From assembly GCA_964389655.1 (NCBI GenBank), contig CAYMED010000018.1:1-58721 (forward strand): a DNA stretch of 58,721 nt. Direction: 5' to 3'. The position numbers and the translations under genes were made by a program. The notes under the pieces are model-generated. The model saw nothing but the letters and a program-made list of their open reading frames with translations. It ran no database searches and was not told the DNA's origin. Position 1 is the first letter of the stretch, and every line of letters begins with the position of its first letter. This document shows, piece by piece, positions 1 to 9,953 of the stretch. The DNA comes from an uncultured Candidatus Poseidoniales archaeon. GTDB lineage: Archaea; Thermoplasmatota; Poseidoniia; Poseidoniales; CAYMED01.

Positions 1-1
1 T

Positions 2-427
2 AACAAAGATGGTTACATTGATCTGACCGAACTTAGAGTATTGGTTGGGGAATTAGCAGCACCCAGCCCCCCACCTACCGCCCCTTCTTCTCCCGTGGAG
101 TGGGTTAAAGAAGCATGGGCTACTGAAAAGTCAATGCTCTCTACGGCTTTACCTTGGCTGCCATTTTTGGAAGGACAACCAGCAAATAGAGCTGTCATGA
201 TTGGCAGTTCACTAGGCGTCCTTGGCTTGCTGTTTAATGCCATGTTTGGTTTGGCAAGAGAAGTCGAGGGAGGTGCTCGTGATCACGCAGTTGACCTTAC
301 TGCTCTCTTGTTCGGAGTGGGGGATGTAAATGCTGTACGGGCGCCCAATCTAGATCCCATCAGTTTCTGTTTGATCGTGCTCCTATCCCTCACATTTTGG
401 TTCACACAGCCAGATGATGAGTCTTAA
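2..427 (+). CDS. 5'-truncated membrane protein with an EF-hand-like Ca-binding loop
   Basis: The frame is open from position 2 and reads NKDGYIDLTELRVLV (EF-hand loop consensus xNxDGxIxxxE) before the listed ORF; hydrophobic TM-like segments follow. Confidence 0.6.
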   Translation, partial: NKDGYIDLTELRVLVGELAAPSPPPTAPSSPVEWVKEAWATEKSMLSTALPWLPFLEGQPANRAVMIGSSLGVLGLLFNAMFGLAREVEGGARDHAVDLTALLFGVGDVNAVRAPNLDPISFCLIVLLSLTFWFTQPDDES

Positions 428-503
428 ATTCCGCTTTGGGTGGAAATATGGCCTAGTTGCGGCGCTGCCGCATTGAATAATACTGTGAGGCCCATGGCGC
501 CGC

Positions 504-971
504 ATGGGTGCGGGAGGTGATGTACCCCCGGTTCGCCTCGATGCCGCCCTGATGCTTCTAGGTGGTTCTGGGATCTTGATCTCGGTCCTGTTGATGTTTT
601 GGACCCCTTCTTTCCAGGCCCCAACTGAACCGGGTGTTTGGGTCGAAGTGACTTCTTCAGTAATTAGTTCGGATGATGGAGTTATCATTACTGCTGTGGG
701 CAATGGCTCTGTCGACATTGCTCTCACTTCAAACCCATTGGATGTACCTTCCGATTATGCTTCTTTGACTGCCGATGGAGAACTAAGGTTGGAAGCCTCG
801 GATGATGGCCGATGGCACGTTTTAGCACGGGGTGAGGCGCCTGAGTTATCCATTTTAATTGAGGTTGACCGGCACGGTCTCGATCGGCCTCTTATCTCTA
901 CTTTCTTTTCTGCAATTCTGTTGGCCTGGGGCATATGGCTTAGATATCAAGAATCCTCTTTGGACAACTGA
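504..971 (+). CDS. Hypothetical membrane protein (N- and C-terminal TM helices)
   Basis: 155-aa ORF with two hydrophobic helices flanking a beta-rich domain. Confidence 0.6.
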   Translation: MGAGGDVPPVRLDAALMLLGGSGILISVLLMFWTPSFQAPTEPGVWVEVTSSVISSDDGVIITAVGNGSVDIALTSNPLDVPSDYASLTADGELRLEASDDGRWHVLARGEAPELSILIEVDRHGLDRPLISTFFSAILLAWGIWLRYQESSLDN

Positions 972-2389
972 TCGGGGGATTTGAGAGTAACTATTTTTCC
1001 TCCGTCCTCGACGACGAGTTGGAATTTCTCATCAATTTGGAGAACTCTGAGGTCCGAACTCCACCACGCCATTGCCTCACATGCGGCATGTCGCAAGTAG
1101 CTCACGCTTATTGGTGGCCTGATTTCTTCGAGCCAAGAAGAAAGTGATGCGTCAAGGGTTGATGCAAAATCATCAACGCAAAGATTGAGTCCGAGATCAG
1201 TTGTACTGCCTGCACCTTTTGGGGCTATAGATAGGTTCACTCCGATCCCAAGTGCACAAATTGTGTTGTCCCCGCGCGATCGGGCTTCGACAAGAATTCC
1301 AGCAGCTTTTTGTCCATGGATGAGGACGTCATTTGGCCACTTCAACGTAATGTAGGGATTCCCTCGCATGGCACTTGCGGATAAAATTGATAGTGGCTTT
1401 CCTAGGTGCGATGCGAGTGCATCGATGACTGCAAGTCCGGCACTGATTTGTAGCCGTCCAATCTCAGTCTGAGTTTTAGGGCCCGTAATTAACCAACTAC
1501 CAGCGAATGCCCCTTTTTCAGTCGACCATCGCCTGCTCATTCTCCCTTTCCCCTTTGTTTGCACATCTGCTCGCAAGAGTCGTCCGATTTCCCCGCCCTC
1601 TTCGAGGAGTTGCGAATTGGTAGACTCTACTGATTCAGTGTAATCAATCGCTCTTCCGGACCATGGCTTCCAAATCCTCACGGCTCGAACCGTATCTGAT
1701 CCAAGAGCAGCCTCGGTGATGGGGCGTAGGGCCCAACCGGAAGAAAGTAGAGTAGCAAGTTCAAGTTCGGTATTAGGTGTCAATGCCACGAGCAAAATGA
1801 CTGCGCCATGTCTCCTCAACCATTCGTGGCCTTCCACTTGTATTCTCAACAAATCCAGCATGCCGGATGCGCGCGTAAACCCGGCCTCTTCAATTGGCCC
1901 GAGTTGATCATCCATTGGTTCAAGGTATGGTGTGTTCCAAAGTATCACGTCGAACTGCCTTCCAAAATCGTGGGTTGGTTGCAGGATATCCATCTCAAGG
2001 ACTTCGCACTTTTTGCTCAAGTCAAGCCTATCCACAAGTGCCCTTGCGGCAGCTACTGCGAATGGGTTTACGTCGACTGCAGTGACTTCCCAACCCATTG
2101 CGGCTGCTCTCGCAGCAAGTACTCCAGACCCCGTTCCGATTTCTAGCATCGTGCCCATTTTTCTTCCATGTAATTCTCTTATCATTGCAGCTTCAGCGAG
2201 GCGTGTATCTTCCCTTGGTGGGTAGACAGATGGCGGGATTTCTAACTGAATTCGACCAAAGGGGGGGATGTCCCAAAATATCTCCGCGTCTGCATTTCGT
2301 AAACTCATCGTCATTTCGACCTCTCTTTCGATGCGATTATTTTCGACAAACGGGGGACTAGAACCCTTTTCATCTTCTTTTTCTGACAC
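947..2389 (-). CDS. Fusion of a HemK2/PrmC-like SAM methyltransferase and a biotin--protein ligase (BirA/BPL catalytic domain)
   Basis: N-half: VYPPREDT, LEIGTGSG, WNTPY (NPPY-like). C-half: STN, QTKGKGRMSRRW, LKWPNDV, KAAGIL, GIGVN. Confidence 0.85.
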   Translation of the reverse strand: MSEKEDEKGSSPPFVENNRIEREVEMTMSLRNADAEIFWDIPPFGRIQLEIPPSVYPPREDTRLAEAAMIRELHGRKMGTMLEIGTGSGVLAARAAAMGWEVTAVDVNPFAVAAARALVDRLDLSKKCEVLEMDILQPTHDFGRQFDVILWNTPYLEPMDDQLGPIEEAGFTRASGMLDLLRIQVEGHEWLRRHGAVILLVALTPNTELELATLLSSGWALRPITEAALGSDTVRAVRIWKPWSGRAIDYTESVESTNSQLLEEGGEIGRLLRADVQTKGKGRMSRRWSTEKGAFAGSWLITGPKTQTEIGRLQISAGLAVIDALASHLGKPLSILSASAMRGNPYITLKWPNDVLIHGQKAAGILVEARSRGDNTICALGIGVNLSIAPKGAGSTTDLGLNLCVDDFASTLDASLSSWLEEIRPPISVSYLRHAACEAMAWWSSDLRVLQIDEKFQLVVEDGGKIVTLKSPDQLSKEDS

Positions 2390-2449
2390 GAATCATCCCC
2401 GAAACCATTATGATTATTCCTCAAGTCGCCCGCCTTGCCCTCGCTCCAA

Positions 2450-2523
2450 GGGCCTGTAGCTTAGGTAGGTAGAGCATCCGGCTTTTAACCGGACGGTCGC
2501 GGGTTCGAATCCCGTCGGGCCCG
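2450..2523 (+). tRNA. tRNA-Lys(TTT)
   Basis: GGGCCTG/CGGGCCC acceptor stem, TCCGG-CTTTTAA-CCGGA anticodon arm, GGTTCGAATCC T-arm. Confidence 0.95.
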
Positions 2524-2567
2524 CCTGCCTGAGGTGCGGTTTGGAGAGGGGGAACGGGGGCGACACA

Positions 2568-3143
2568 TTGGCAGTAAGAAGTGCGACGAAACGACGTCTT
2601 ATACAAGCAGGCATCCCTGATGTTCAGGCTCATGCTTTGGCAGATGAACGAAATATGGATGGCATACGACAACTGACTGTTGAAGAGATCAGCAAAGTCC
2701 TCAAAAAGAAGATTGATTCAACAGATGTTGCTCTTGTCCTGCGCGTCTTGCGCGATCTCGGTGGAAGCCGAAAGCGCAGCATGCCTCGTGAGCGAATCTC
2801 CATTCATGGTGAGACTAAAGATGAGTCTCGCCCAAGATTCAATGTTCTCAATCACATGTTGGTCCCACATCATGAATTAGTCCCAAGTGAGGATGAAGAA
2901 GCAGTTCTAGATCCATGGGGCCTTTTGATGGAGCAGCCAGATGGTAGTCATCGCTTGGCAAAGGAACTTCTCCCAATGATCCTAATCAAGGATCCCGTCG
3001 TTCAGGCGATCAAGGAAGTTGCTGAAAATGAGGATGCAACTCTTCCGGCAGGTTGGATGACAAATAGGGTTCTTCGAGTAGTTCGGAAGAGTCCACAGGC
3101 AGGGCAAACGGTTGCTTATCGCCTCATTGTGGAAGGAGGATGA
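2568..3143 (+). CDS. rpoH: RNA polymerase subunit H (Rpo5) with an N-terminal extension
   Basis: FNVLNHMLVPHHEL...LPMILIKDPVV...VVRKSPQAGQTVAYRLIV; first gene of the RNAP operon; TTG start at 2568 inferred from alignment with the RpoA'' N-terminus. Confidence 0.9.
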   Translation: MAVRSATKRRLIQAGIPDVQAHALADERNMDGIRQLTVEEISKVLKKKIDSTDVALVLRVLRDLGGSRKRSMPRERISIHGETKDESRPRFNVLNHMLVPHHELVPSEDEEAVLDPWGLLMEQPDGSHRLAKELLPMILIKDPVVQAIKEVAENEDATLPAGWMTNRVLRVVRKSPQAGQTVAYRLIVEGG

Positions 3144-3147
3144 TAGT

Positions 3148-6100
3148 ATGCAGGATGTAATTAGGGCATTTTTCAAACAACGTGGATTGGTCAATCACCA
3201 AATTGCTTCTTATGACGACTGTATACCGACAACAGATCGTCGCAATAGTCGCATGGAGAAAATTGCGAGAAACATCCGGATTGGGTCTGAAGAAGAGCAC
3301 GATAAAGATGAAGGTGGCTTCATCCGATTGGACGTCATCGATCAAGAAATAATTGTGCGACTGAAGAATGTGCAACTTGGTGCACCGATGATTCGTGAAG
3401 CGAATGGTGCTGAGCATGATGCTACTCCAATGGAATGCCGTCTTCGTAAATTGACTTACGCAAGTCCAGTCCGACTTGATTTCACTCTTCAACGAGATGG
3501 GGAATTCCAGCCGGCTGAAAAGGGCGTTATTGTTGGGCAGCTGCCAATCATGGTGCGGAGCCAGCGATGCAATTTACATGCAGACCACATTGCCTCTGAC
3601 CGAGCTTTGAACCTAGAGGCCTCTGAAGAGGACCGCAGGCATTACGATGAGTTGCTTTCTAAGCGAGGAGAAGATCCCTTGGACCCAGGTGGTTATTTCA
3701 TCATTAACGGGACAGAGCGTGTTTTGATTTCATCAGAAGACCTCGCTCCCAATCGAGTCACTATTGAGAAAAATAAGCGTTATTCAAAGGAAACTGAGGT
3801 TGCAAAGATTTTCAGCCAAAAAGATGGTTTTCGAGCCCCCCTAAATGTCGAGAAGCGACGAGATGGAATGCTCATGGTTAAGATTAGTGCCGCAGGCGGT
3901 ACTGCCATTCCAGTGGTGCTCTTAATGAAAGCACTGGGGATGGAAAAAGATCAAGATATTTTCAAAGCAGCAGCTACTGATGATAGCTCATTCAAGTACA
4001 TCGTTGCAAACATCAATGATGTGAAGGAGAACAAAGAGTACGATGTTGAAACTCAAGAAGAGGCTTTGCTTTGGTTAGAGAAGCGGTTTGCAGCTGGACA
4101 GCAGAAAGAATACAGAGAAATGAAAGTTAATCAGTTGCTTGACCGTAACCTCTTGCCTCATCTTGGCGACCAACTTCGAGACCGCCACAAGAAAGCGATT
4201 TTTCTTGGGAGAATTGTTCGGCAAGTGCTTGATATGGCCTTGTCTGGAAAGCAAGCAAATGACAAAGACCACTACGCAAACAAGCGAGTTCGTCTTGCAG
4301 GTGACCTCATTGAGGATTTATTCCGAATTAGTCTTCAAAATTTGGCTAGAGATTTGAAATATCAACTTGAGCGACACCACAATCGAAAGCGAGAACTCAA
4401 AATCACCTCATGCTTGCGGCCTGATGTTCTTACCTCGAAAGTGATGCATGCTTTAGCCACAGGAAATTGGGTTAATTCTAGAAGTGGTGTGTCACAACTT
4501 CTAGATCGTACATCTTACATTTCTGCTCTATCACATCTTCGTCGAGTTACAAGTCCGCTAGTACGGAGTCAGCCTCATTTTGAAGCCCGAGACCTTCACC
4601 CCACACAATGGGGACGCTTGTGCCCAAATGAGACCCCAGAAGGTCAGAACTGTGGGCTGGTCAAGAATGCTGCACTGATGGTTGATATTTCCGAAGAAGT
4701 GCATCCTGCAGAAGTATGTAGCCTTCTCGATGAGTTGGATGTCTATCCAATCGAAGGCTGGATGGAAGGTGCGCGCGTCCATGTTAATGGAGATATCTAT
4801 GGCCTGCATAAGTCCCCTAAATTGCTGGTTACGCAATTCAAGAACGCTCGACGAAGAGGAATCATCCGTTCGGAGATATCAATTCGATTTGATGAGCCGA
4901 ATCTAGATATTTTCATCAACACCGACAGGGGTCGAATACTGCGTCCACTTCTAGTCTTACAGGACGGCAGCATTCGTATCACAAAAGCAGTTATTGATGG
5001 ATTACGGAATAACGAAATTAGATTTTCAGACCTAGTTCACCAAGGATTTGTTGAATGGGTGGATGCAGAGGAAGAAGAAGACTTACATATTGCTCCAAGG
5101 CCATTTGATTTGCCAGATAGGGTTTATGTCAATATTAGTGGTAAGAAACCAAAAATCGTCTCCGCCAAGAAAGTTGATGATCCAGGTGTCCATGCATTTA
5201 GCCTCGCCCCACGTCTAGTTGATTGGCTGAATGTGGGCGAGTTTGAAGCTAAGAAGGCTCGTCTTCGTGCCAATTTGAAGGCTCCTAATGGCAAGGAATT
5301 TCAAGTGGACTTTGATGCTCCTTTGGCATATTTAGAAACAGCTGAAGGGGGTTCGTATACCCATGTTGAGATCGATCCTCAATTAATATTGGGAGTTTGT
5401 GCAAGTCTTGTTCCTTATCCCGAGCATAACTCAACGCCGCGAGTCACCGGTGGAACAGCCATGGTTAAGCAAAGCCTTGGGCTGCCATCATCCAACATTC
5501 GTCTACGTCCGGATACTCGGAGTCACGTTCTCCATTACCCGCAGCGACCACTGCTTGAAACACAAGCAATGGAATATACCAATTTCCTCCGTCGCCCGGG
5601 TGGTCAAAATTACATTGTTGCGATTGCTTCTCACCATGGATACAATATGCAGGATGCTCTAATTCTGAATCAAGCTAGCATTGATCGCGGCCTTGGTAGA
5701 AGCACGTTTGTGCGTACCTACAATGCTGAACGCCGTCGCTTCCCCGGCGGTCAGGTCGAAGAAATTGAAGTTCCAGGGACCGGCGATTCTGAAATTAAGG
5801 GCCTGAAAGATACTGACCGATATCGGCATCTAGAACCAGATGGTCTCCCATCTCCTGAAGAATATCTTGAAGGCGGTCAAGTGTTGGTTGGAAAAACTAG
5901 CCCTCCGCGTTTCCTTGAAGAAACAGTGCAGGGAGGTGCCTTTCTCCAAGCACAAGAGCGCCGTGAATCAAGCATGCTTATTCGGCATGGTGAGAAAGGG
6001 CATGTTGACAATGTATTCATCACTGAGAGTCTTGATTCAGGTCGGCTTGTTCGAGTGATGGTACGCTCCCATAGAATTCCCGAACTTGGTGACAAATTTG

Positions 6101-6825
6101 CAAGTCGGCATGGGCAGAAAGGAGTTGTTGGACGCCTTGTTGCGCCTGAAGATATGCCATTTACAGTCGACGGTGTAGTCCCTGATTTGATCATGAATCC
6201 ACATGCAGTTCCTTCGAGAATGACCGTTGCACACGTCATGGAAATGATTGGTGGAAAAGTGGGGTCGATGGAAGGTCGAACAATTGACGGCACTGCATTT
6301 GGCGGCGAAAAAGAAAATGCTCTTCGCGAGGGCTTGCTAAGGTCTGGTTTTTCTCATACGGGTAGAGAACGAATGATCGATGGGGAAACGGGACATGAAT
6401 ATCCGGCGGACATCTATGTAGGTGCGATCTATTACCAAAAATTGCATCACATGGTTAGTGGGAAAATGCACGCAAGGAGTCGCGGGCGTGTGCAGATACT
6501 TACCCGACAACCAACTGAAGGGCGCGCCCGCCAAGGAGGCCTTCGATTCGGTGAGATGGAAAGAGATTGCTTAATCGCACATGGTGCATCGATGGTGATC
6601 AAAGATCGCCTTCTTGATGAGTCAGATGGAATTGACATGTATGTTTGTTCCCAATCTGGTCATATTTCTTGGTATGATCCAAGACTTGGAAATTTTGTAA
6701 GCCCGATTCATGGGATTGGTGCCGAAGTTCACAAAGTGCAGACATCTTATGCATTCAAACTGTTGCTGGATGAAATGAAAGCGCTTGGCGTGGCCATGCG
6801 CCTTGAAGTGGAGGACCGTAAATGA
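3148..6825 (+). CDS. rpoB: RNA polymerase subunit B (unsplit)
   Basis: GGYFIINGTERV, ETPEGQNCGLVKN, GDKFASRHGQKG, GGLRFGEMERD; GGAGGA SD before ATG 3148. Confidence 0.98.
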   Translation: MQDVIRAFFKQRGLVNHQIASYDDCIPTTDRRNSRMEKIARNIRIGSEEEHDKDEGGFIRLDVIDQEIIVRLKNVQLGAPMIREANGAEHDATPMECRLRKLTYASPVRLDFTLQRDGEFQPAEKGVIVGQLPIMVRSQRCNLHADHIASDRALNLEASEEDRRHYDELLSKRGEDPLDPGGYFIINGTERVLISSEDLAPNRVTIEKNKRYSKETEVAKIFSQKDGFRAPLNVEKRRDGMLMVKISAAGGTAIPVVLLMKALGMEKDQDIFKAAATDDSSFKYIVANINDVKENKEYDVETQEEALLWLEKRFAAGQQKEYREMKVNQLLDRNLLPHLGDQLRDRHKKAIFLGRIVRQVLDMALSGKQANDKDHYANKRVRLAGDLIEDLFRISLQNLARDLKYQLERHHNRKRELKITSCLRPDVLTSKVMHALATGNWVNSRSGVSQLLDRTSYISALSHLRRVTSPLVRSQPHFEARDLHPTQWGRLCPNETPEGQNCGLVKNAALMVDISEEVHPAEVCSLLDELDVYPIEGWMEGARVHVNGDIYGLHKSPKLLVTQFKNARRRGIIRSEISIRFDEPNLDIFINTDRGRILRPLLVLQDGSIRITKAVIDGLRNNEIRFSDLVHQGFVEWVDAEEEEDLHIAPRPFDLPDRVYVNISGKKPKIVSAKKVDDPGVHAFSLAPRLVDWLNVGEFEAKKARLRANLKAPNGKEFQVDFDAPLAYLETAEGGSYTHVEIDPQLILGVCASLVPYPEHNSTPRVTGGTAMVKQSLGLPSSNIRLRPDTRSHVLHYPQRPLLETQAMEYTNFLRRPGGQNYIVAIASHHGYNMQDALILNQASIDRGLGRSTFVRTYNAERRRFPGGQVEEIEVPGTGDSEIKGLKDTDRYRHLEPDGLPSPEEYLEGGQVLVGKTSPPRFLEETVQGGAFLQAQERRESSMLIRHGEKGHVDNVFITESLDSGRLVRVMVRSHRIPELGDKFASRHGQKGVVGRLVAPEDMPFTVDGVVPDLIMNPHAVPSRMTVAHVMEMIGGKVGSMEGRTIDGTAFGGEKENALREGLLRSGFSHTGRERMIDGETGHEYPADIYVGAIYYQKLHHMVSGKMHARSRGRVQILTRQPTEGRARQGGLRFGEMERDCLIAHGASMVIKDRLLDESDGIDMYVCSQSGHISWYDPRLGNFVSPIHGIGAEVHKVQTSYAFKLLLDEMKALGVAMRLEVEDRK

Positions 6826-9800
6826 GATTCAACGAGACAACTATGATCCCTAAGCGGATTGCGAGCATTTTGTTTACTCTGATGGATCCTTCTGAGATTC
6901 GACAAATGAGTTCAGTTGAAATCAAGACCGCTGACACCTACAAGGATGATGGCCACCCTTATCGGCAGGGCTTGATGGACCCACACATGGGTGTTATTGA
7001 GCCAGGCCTCATATGCCCGACGGACAATAACAAATATGACCGTAGTCCTGGCCATTTTGGCCATATTAATCTTGAATTGCCAGTGATCCATATTGGATTT
7101 ACGAACCTCATTCGCACATGCCTCAAAACCACTTGCAATACTTGTAGCCGTGTTCTTCTACACGAAGCACCAGGCACTCACCCAAGTAACCCAGAGATGT
7201 CAGAACAAGATTATTACCGAACAAAGATCATCGACAACATTCTCAAGCACGGTGTCCGTTCTACAGAATATAAGAAAATCATCAAGGAGATTGAGAAGAA
7301 GGGCAGTGATGCAAGCCGCCGACAATGCATGCATTGTGGTGCGGAGCAAGGAAAAATTGTTCTCGATAAACCAAACACGTTTAAGCAGGATTTTAGCGAT
7401 AAAAAGGCAGGGTCTCAGCGCTCAGAGAGCAAACTCAATCCTAGGGATATTCGCGAATGGCTCGAACAAATTCCCGATGTAGACCTTATATTTTTGGGGA
7501 TTGAATTCAAAGTAAGCCGGCCAGAGTGGACGATTCTCAAGGTTCTTCCAGTACCTCCCATCACGGTTAGGCCTTCAATTACGTTAGATAGTGGCGATCG
7601 ATCAGAGGATGATCTCACGCACAAATTGGTTGATGTGCTAAGAATTAATCAGAGACTCAGGGAAAATCGAGATACCGGTGCACCACAACTGATTGTTGAA
7701 GATCTATGGGAACTCCTTCAATATCACATTACAACCTATTTTGACAACCAAACCAGTGGGATTCCTCCTGCTAGACATCGCTCAGGCAGGCCTCTCAAAA
7801 CCTTGACACAGCGCCTCAAAGGTAAAGAGGGTCGCTTCAGAAATAATCTCTCCGGAAAGCGAGTTAATTTTTGTGCACGTACTGTAATTTCTCCCGATCC
7901 TTACCTTTCAATCAATGAAGTTGGCGTACCGGTTGATGCTGCAAAGGAATTAACCGTCCCAATACGTGTTACTACTCGTAACCGTGAACAACTTCGGCAG
8001 ATGATCTTACGAGGTCCAAATGTACACCCTGGTGTGAATTATGTTGTACGGGGCAATTCCTTTCGAGTTCGGATAACAGATCGGACAAAGTATATTTGGT
8101 CTGGGTTTCGATGTCTTAACCCTGAATGTAGTGCTGGCGACCCAATTCGCGGTGAAGCCTACAATGGTCGGCGGCCTGATTTGAATGCAGTTATGCCTGC
8201 TCCAAATTTCTTGCCAGGTCTTGCGATTCGGAGATTAACTAGGCAAATGGCAGATGGTTCTGAAGAAGCAGTCTACGAGGTTGATGAAGATCGAACTCTT
8301 GCTAATTTGCGTGGTGAAGATGTTGAAGGCCGAATGCTTGATCGTAATGACCCGAATGCAGTTTTGCACTGGCGCTGGGTTCACGACCAAGAATATCCCG
8401 ATGACCCTTATCAGGATGATCTCCAGTTTGCCTGTCCACACTGTGGCTCGGAAGGGCACGATGAATTTGGACGCGAGGAACGGACTCGTGTCGAGGACCG
8501 TCTAGCAACAGTTGATCTGAAAGGTGACCCCAAGCCGGGGATGATTGTTGAACGCCACTTAATTGATGGCGATGTGGTAATATTCAATCGCCAACCATCG
8601 CTACATAGGATGTCTATGATGGTTCATGAGGTTCGTGTTATGGAAGGCAAGACATTCCGCTTCAACCTCGCCGTATGTACACCCTACAATGCTGATTTTG
8701 ATGGTGATGAGATGAATCTTCATGTGATACAGGGCGAGGAAGCTAGGGCTGAAGCAAAGATTCTCATGAGAGTTCAAGAGCACATTCTTTCGCCTCGTTA
8801 TGGGGGCAATGTGATTGGTGGAATCCATGACCACATAACGGGTGCATATCTCTTGTCGAAGGCCAACCCCCTCGTTCCACATGACACTGCCTTGCAATTG
8901 CTCTCTGCGATTGAGTATACTGGTGAATTGCCTGTAGAAACAGAAGAAGGGGGTGTCAAAGGATATCGGGGTTTAGACCTCCTCAATTTGATCATGCCAC
9001 CTGAAAGTCAGGATAGCCGCGTGCGTTTAGATTATCAGAGCCGTTCAGGGGATGCTGTCAAAGTGAGAGAAGGTGCAGTTCTCAGTGGTACGATTGACAA
9101 AAGAGGGATCGGTGCAGAAGATGGACGTATTCTTGATGCTGTCCTGCAAAACTGCGGATCTTCAACAGGTGCAGTATTCTTGGATAAATTGACGAGATTA
9201 ACAATCTCGGTTTGCACCTCACTCGGGTTTACTACTGGGATTGACGATGAGGACCTTCCTCTTGCAGCATTAGATGAAATCCAGAATGCGAATAAAGAAG
9301 CCCGCGCTGAAGTTAATAGTTTACTGGACAAATTTGGCGATAAGGGTGCGAATTATGAAGCACGTGCTGGGCGCACAGTTTCAGAAACTCTTGAAGAAGA
9401 CATCATGGCGATCTTGGATCGGACGAAATCAGTTACTGGAGAGGTTGCAAAGCGATATCTCGGTGAAGATAATTCTGCAGTTATCATGGCAACAAGTGGC
9501 GCTCGCGGCAGCATGGATAACCTTTCTATGATGGCGGGCTCTATTGGGCAGGCTAAAGTGCGTGGACAGCGCCTTGCAAGGGGGTACCAAGACCGTGTAC
9601 TTTCACACTTTGATCGCGGAAGAAAAGGTGCCGCTGAAAAGGGTTTCATATCCTCTTCCTTCAAGCGGGGCCTAGAACCTACGGAGTTCTTCATGCTGTC
9701 AGTATCTGGCCGAGAGAGTCTTGTTGATACAGCAGTTCGTACTAGTAAGAGTGGTTACATGCAACGTCGTCTCATCAATGCTCTTGATGATCTTAAAGTT

Positions 9801-9953
9801 CAGGATGATGGGCATTCATCAGTTCGGAATACTGCTAATAAAATCATACAATTTGAATATGGTGAAGACGGGATCGATCCTACTCGTAGCGTGCACGGTG
9901 ATCCGATCGATATAGATGCAGTCGTTGCTCAAGCTCTAGGAGGTGATTCCTGA
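6822..9953 (+). CDS. rpoA1: RNA polymerase subunit A' with a ~145-aa insertion
   Basis: [25 protein letters not shown], catalytic [22 protein letters not shown]. Confidence 0.98.
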   Translation: MRFNETTMIPKRIASILFTLMDPSEIRQMSSVEIKTADTYKDDGHPYRQGLMDPHMGVIEPGLICPTDNNKYDRSPGHFGHINLELPVIHIGFTNLIRTCLKTTCNTCSRVLLHEAPGTHPSNPEMSEQDYYRTKIIDNILKHGVRSTEYKKIIKEIEKKGSDASRRQCMHCGAEQGKIVLDKPNTFKQDFSDKKAGSQRSESKLNPRDIREWLEQIPDVDLIFLGIEFKVSRPEWTILKVLPVPPITVRPSITLDSGDRSEDDLTHKLVDVLRINQRLRENRDTGAPQLIVEDLWELLQYHITTYFDNQTSGIPPARHRSGRPLKTLTQRLKGKEGRFRNNLSGKRVNFCARTVISPDPYLSINEVGVPVDAAKELTVPIRVTTRNREQLRQMILRGPNVHPGVNYVVRGNSFRVRITDRTKYIWSGFRCLNPECSAGDPIRGEAYNGRRPDLNAVMPAPNFLPGLAIRRLTRQMADGSEEAVYEVDEDRTLANLRGEDVEGRMLDRNDPNAVLHWRWVHDQEYPDDPYQDDLQFACPHCGSEGHDEFGREERTRVEDRLATVDLKGDPKPGMIVERHLIDGDVVIFNRQPSLHRMSMMVHEVRVMEGKTFRFNLAVCTPYNADFDGDEMNLHVIQGEEARAEAKILMRVQEHILSPRYGGNVIGGIHDHITGAYLLSKANPLVPHDTALQLLSAIEYTGELPVETEEGGVKGYRGLDLLNLIMPPESQDSRVRLDYQSRSGDAVKVREGAVLSGTIDKRGIGAEDGRILDAVLQNCGSSTGAVFLDKLTRLTISVCTSLGFTTGIDDEDLPLAALDEIQNANKEARAEVNSLLDKFGDKGANYEARAGRTVSETLEEDIMAILDRTKSVTGEVAKRYLGEDNSAVIMATSGARGSMDNLSMMAGSIGQAKVRGQRLARGYQDRVLSHFDRGRKGAAEKGFISSSFKRGLEPTEFFMLSVSGRESLVDTAVRTSKSGYMQRRLINALDDLKVQDDGHSSVRNTANKIIQFEYGEDGIDPTRSVHGDPIDIDAVVAQALGGDS

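Noticed and set aside
8090-8530. RpoA' (and RpoB) insertions as inteins
   Set aside because: No N-terminal C/S splice start paired with a terminal HN followed by C/S/T, and no LAGLIDADG motif
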